From: Betaproteobacteria bacterium Ga0077527
GTDB lineage: Bacteria; Pseudomonadota; Gammaproteobacteria; Burkholderiales; SG8-41
Length of the DNA stretch: 64,000 nt
Assembly (NCBI GenBank): GCA_001464815.1
Contig: LNDW01000022.1
Location: 76,290 to 140,289 of the forward strand
Direction of reading: 5' to 3'
Both the position numbers and the translations under genes were made by a program. Position 1 is the stretch's first letter; each line of letters starts with the position of its first letter. The notes beneath the pieces were generated by a model that saw only the letters and a list, made by a program, of their open reading frames with translations, made no database searches and had not been told where the DNA came from. Positions 61,837 through 64,000 of the stretch are shown here, one piece after another.

Positions 61837-63429
61837 ATGGAAGCAGCACACGCCCCCGCCCACGGTCACGCCCACGACGACCACGGCCACAAGCCCAGCG
61901 GCATCATGCGCTGGGTGAAGTCGACCAACCACAAGGACATCGGCACGATGTACCTGTGGTTCAGCTTTACCATGTTCCTGGTCGGCGGTGTCATGGCGCT
62001 GATCATCCGCTCGGAGCTGTTCCAGCCCGGCCTGCAGATCGTGCAGCCGGACTTCTTCAACTCGATGACCACTTACCACGGCCTGATCATGGTGTTCGGC
62101 GCGATCATGCCGGCCTTCGTCGGTTTCGCGAACTGGCTGATCCCGATGCAGATCGGCGCGCCCGACATGGCCTTCCCGCGTATGAACAACCTGTCGTTCT
62201 GGCTGCTGCCCCCCGCCGCGATGCTGCTGATCGCCGCGCAGTTCATGCCCGGCGGCGGTGCCGGTGTCGGCTGGACCATGTATGCGCCGCTGTCGACCCA
62301 GGCCGGTCCGGCGATGGACCTGACGATTTTCGCGGTGCACATCCTCGGCATCTCGTCGATCATGGGCTCGATCAACATCATCACCACCATCCTCAACATG
62401 CGTGCCCCCGGGCTGACGCTGATGAAGCTGCCGCTGTTCTGCTGGACCTGGCTGATTACCGCCTACCTGCTGGTCGCGGTGATGCCGGTGCTCGCCGGCG
62501 CGGTGACAATGACGCTGACCGACCGCCATTTCGGCACCCACTTCTTCAATGCCGCCGGCGGCGGTGACCCGGTGCTCTACCAGCACATTTTCTGGTTCTT
62601 TGGCCACCCCGAGGTCTACATCATCGCGATTCCCGCCTTCGGCGTGGTGTCGCAGGTGATCCCGGCGTTTTCGAGGAAGCCCCTGTTTGGCTATGCCTCG
62701 ATGGTCTACGCCACAGCCTCGATCGCGATCCTGTCGTTCATGGTCTGGGCGCACCACATGTACACCTCCGGAATGCCGGTGGAGGCACAGCTCTACTTCA
62801 TGTATGCGACCACGCTGATCGCGGTACCCACCGGCGTCAAGGTGTTCAACTGGGTAGCGACAATGTGGAAGGGTTCACTGACCTTCGAGACGCCGATGCT
62901 GTTTGCGCTCGGCTTCCTGTTCCTGTTCACGCTGGGCGGCTTTACCGGTCTGGTGCTGTCAATAACGCCCGTTGACGTGCAGCTTCACGACACCTACTAC
63001 GTGGTCGCACACTTCCACTACGTGATGGTCGCCGGTGCGCTGTTCTCCGCCTTCGCCGGCATCTATTTCTGGCTGCCGAAATGGACCGGCAGGATGTATG
63101 ACGAAACCCTGGGTCAGTGGCACTTCTGGCTGTCGCTGATTTTCTTCAACGTTACCTTCTTCGTGCAGCACTTCCTCGGCTTGGCCGGCATGCCGCGCCG
63201 TATCCCGGACTATGCGCTGCAGTTCACCGAGTTCAACATGATCTCGTCGATCGGCGCTTTTGGTTTCGGCCTGTCGCAACTGCTGTTCCTCTACATCGTG
63301 ATCAAGTGCATCCGCAGCGGTGAAAAAGCCCCGGACAAGCCCTGGGATGGCGCCGACAGTCTCGAGTGGACGCATCTGCCGACGCCGGCTCCCTGGCACA
63401 GCTTCGAGACCCCGCCGGTCATCAAGTAA
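61837..63429 (+). CDS. ctaD: Cytochrome c oxidase subunit I (aa3 type)
   Basis: 530 aa. Motifs: WFFGHPEVYI, VWAHHMY, HDTYYVVAHFHYV. Confidence 0.96.
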   Translation: MEAAHAPAHGHAHDDHGHKPSGIMRWVKSTNHKDIGTMYLWFSFTMFLVGGVMALIIRSELFQPGLQIVQPDFFNSMTTYHGLIMVFGAIMPAFVGFANWLIPMQIGAPDMAFPRMNNLSFWLLPPAAMLLIAAQFMPGGGAGVGWTMYAPLSTQAGPAMDLTIFAVHILGISSIMGSINIITTILNMRAPGLTLMKLPLFCWTWLITAYLLVAVMPVLAGAVTMTLTDRHFGTHFFNAAGGGDPVLYQHIFWFFGHPEVYIIAIPAFGVVSQVIPAFSRKPLFGYASMVYATASIAILSFMVWAHHMYTSGMPVEAQLYFMYATTLIAVPTGVKVFNWVATMWKGSLTFETPMLFALGFLFLFTLGGFTGLVLSITPVDVQLHDTYYVVAHFHYVMVAGALFSAFAGIYFWLPKWTGRMYDETLGQWHFWLSLIFFNVTFFVQHFLGLAGMPRRIPDYALQFTEFNMISSIGAFGFGLSQLLFLYIVIKCIRSGEKAPDKPWDGADSLEWTHLPTPAPWHSFETPPVIK

Positions 63430-63447
63430 GTGCCTCCGGATCACGCC

Positions 63448-63561
63448 ATGGTTCCAGCTGAAGTCAAACGCAACAATCGGCGCACGGCAACAGTGCTGTG
63501 GCTGATTGTCGCCGGTTTTTTCTTCGGTGTGATGATCAAGTATTACCTGCTCGCGCGATGA
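63448..63561 (+). CDS. Small single-TM ORF between ctaD and ctaG (cytochrome oxidase small assembly protein-like)
   Basis: The 37-aa ORF (MVPAEVKRNNRRTATVLWLIVAGFFFGVMIKYYLLAR) is below the ORF-track length cut-off. Its stop makes an ATGA overlap with the ctaG start. It consists of a basic head followed by one TM helix. Confidence 0.5.
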   Translation: MVPAEVKRNNRRTATVLWLIVAGFFFGVMIKYYLLAR

Positions 63562-64000
63562 ACAAGGAAAAAGCCAATCGACGCCTGCTGACGCGGCTTT
63601 CCGTGTTTGCCGTGCTGATGTTCGGTTTTGGCTTCGCGCTGGTGCCGTTTTACGAAAAAATCTGTGAGGTTACCGGCATCAACAACCTGATCAAGCCGGC
63701 CGCGGCGATCGAGAACACGCAGATCGACCGTTCGCGCACCATCACTCTCGAGTTTGACGCGAACTCACACGGCCTGGACTGGGAATTCAAGCCGGTGCTG
63801 AACAGTGTCCGCGTGCATCCGGGTGAAATGATCCATGTCGAATACGACGTTCGCAACAATGGCGACAAGGCGATTGTCGGGCAGGCGATCCCCAGCTACG
63901 GACCCAAGCTCGCCGCGCAATACGTGAAAAAAATGGAGTGCTTCTGTTTCAAGCAGCAGCCGCTGCAGGCCGGCGAGGGCAAACGCATGCCGGTGCAGTT
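63558..64000 (+). CDS. ctaG: Cytochrome c oxidase assembly protein CtaG/Cox11 (3' end beyond the window)
   Basis: Absent from the track because there is no stop codon in the window. Translation reads MNKEKANRRLLTRLSVFAVLMFGFGFALVPFYEKICEVTGIN..IVGQAIPSYGP..MECFCFKQQ (Cu-binding CFCF motif). Confidence 0.9.
   Translation, partial: MNKEKANRRLLTRLSVFAVLMFGFGFALVPFYEKICEVTGINNLIKPAAAIENTQIDRSRTITLEFDANSHGLDWEFKPVLNSVRVHPGEMIHVEYDVRNNGDKAIVGQAIPSYGPKLAAQYVKKMECFCFKQQPLQAGEGKRMPVQ

Overview
The window is a densely coding, GC-rich stretch of proteobacterial chromosome (roughly two-thirds G+C by eye). Gene content and order suggest a betaproteobacterium, which is an inference. The supporting blocks are a Bug/TctC-family binding protein, argB-nucleotidase-slmA, dacA-like-dat-ybeD-lipB-lipA, rhodanese-grxC-secB-gpsA-trmL, bioBFHCD, and DUF2244-coxB-coxA-ctaG. 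I call about 65 protein genes. I found no rRNA, tRNA, CRISPR array, transposase or integrase.

Two accessory modules interrupt the housekeeping backbone.

(1) 12.0-17.0 kb holds a type I secretion module.
- It starts with an orphan OmpR-type response regulator, followed by a 141-bp spacer of about 23% G+C.
- Next comes a 318-aa two-domain protein with no signal peptide and no RTX repeats, then a terminator hairpin.
- A PrtD-type ABC exporter and a HlyD-type adaptor follow; no outer-membrane factor gene is present.
- The whole block is bracketed by two copies of a CAGGAT-based palindromic repeat.
- This is my best candidate for an uncharacterised secreted-effector system.

(2) 36.3-54.7 kb holds a complete MSHA-type type IV pilus locus.
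- The gene order is non-Vibrio: E-G-F-B-A-C-D-O-P-Q-I-I'-J-K-L-M-N.
- MshE has a c-di-GMP-type N-domain.
- The major pilin gene is followed by a strong hairpin.
- MshQ is about 1520 aa, contains three tandem repeats of about 160 aa, and is preceded by a near-consensus sigma-54 promoter plus an IHF-like site.

Smaller signals:
- A 35-bp tandem repeat copies the 3' end of a gene.
- An AT-rich 20-22-mer recurs in two promoter regions and also inside the polA coding sequence. A weaker relative sits inside bioH.
- A sigma-32-type promoter precedes an hsp20 gene.
- A BioR-like box lies upstream of bioB.
- A PglL-like O-oligosaccharyltransferase gene lies 3.5 kb upstream of the pilus locus.

All functional calls come from reading motifs in the translations. 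No database search was run.
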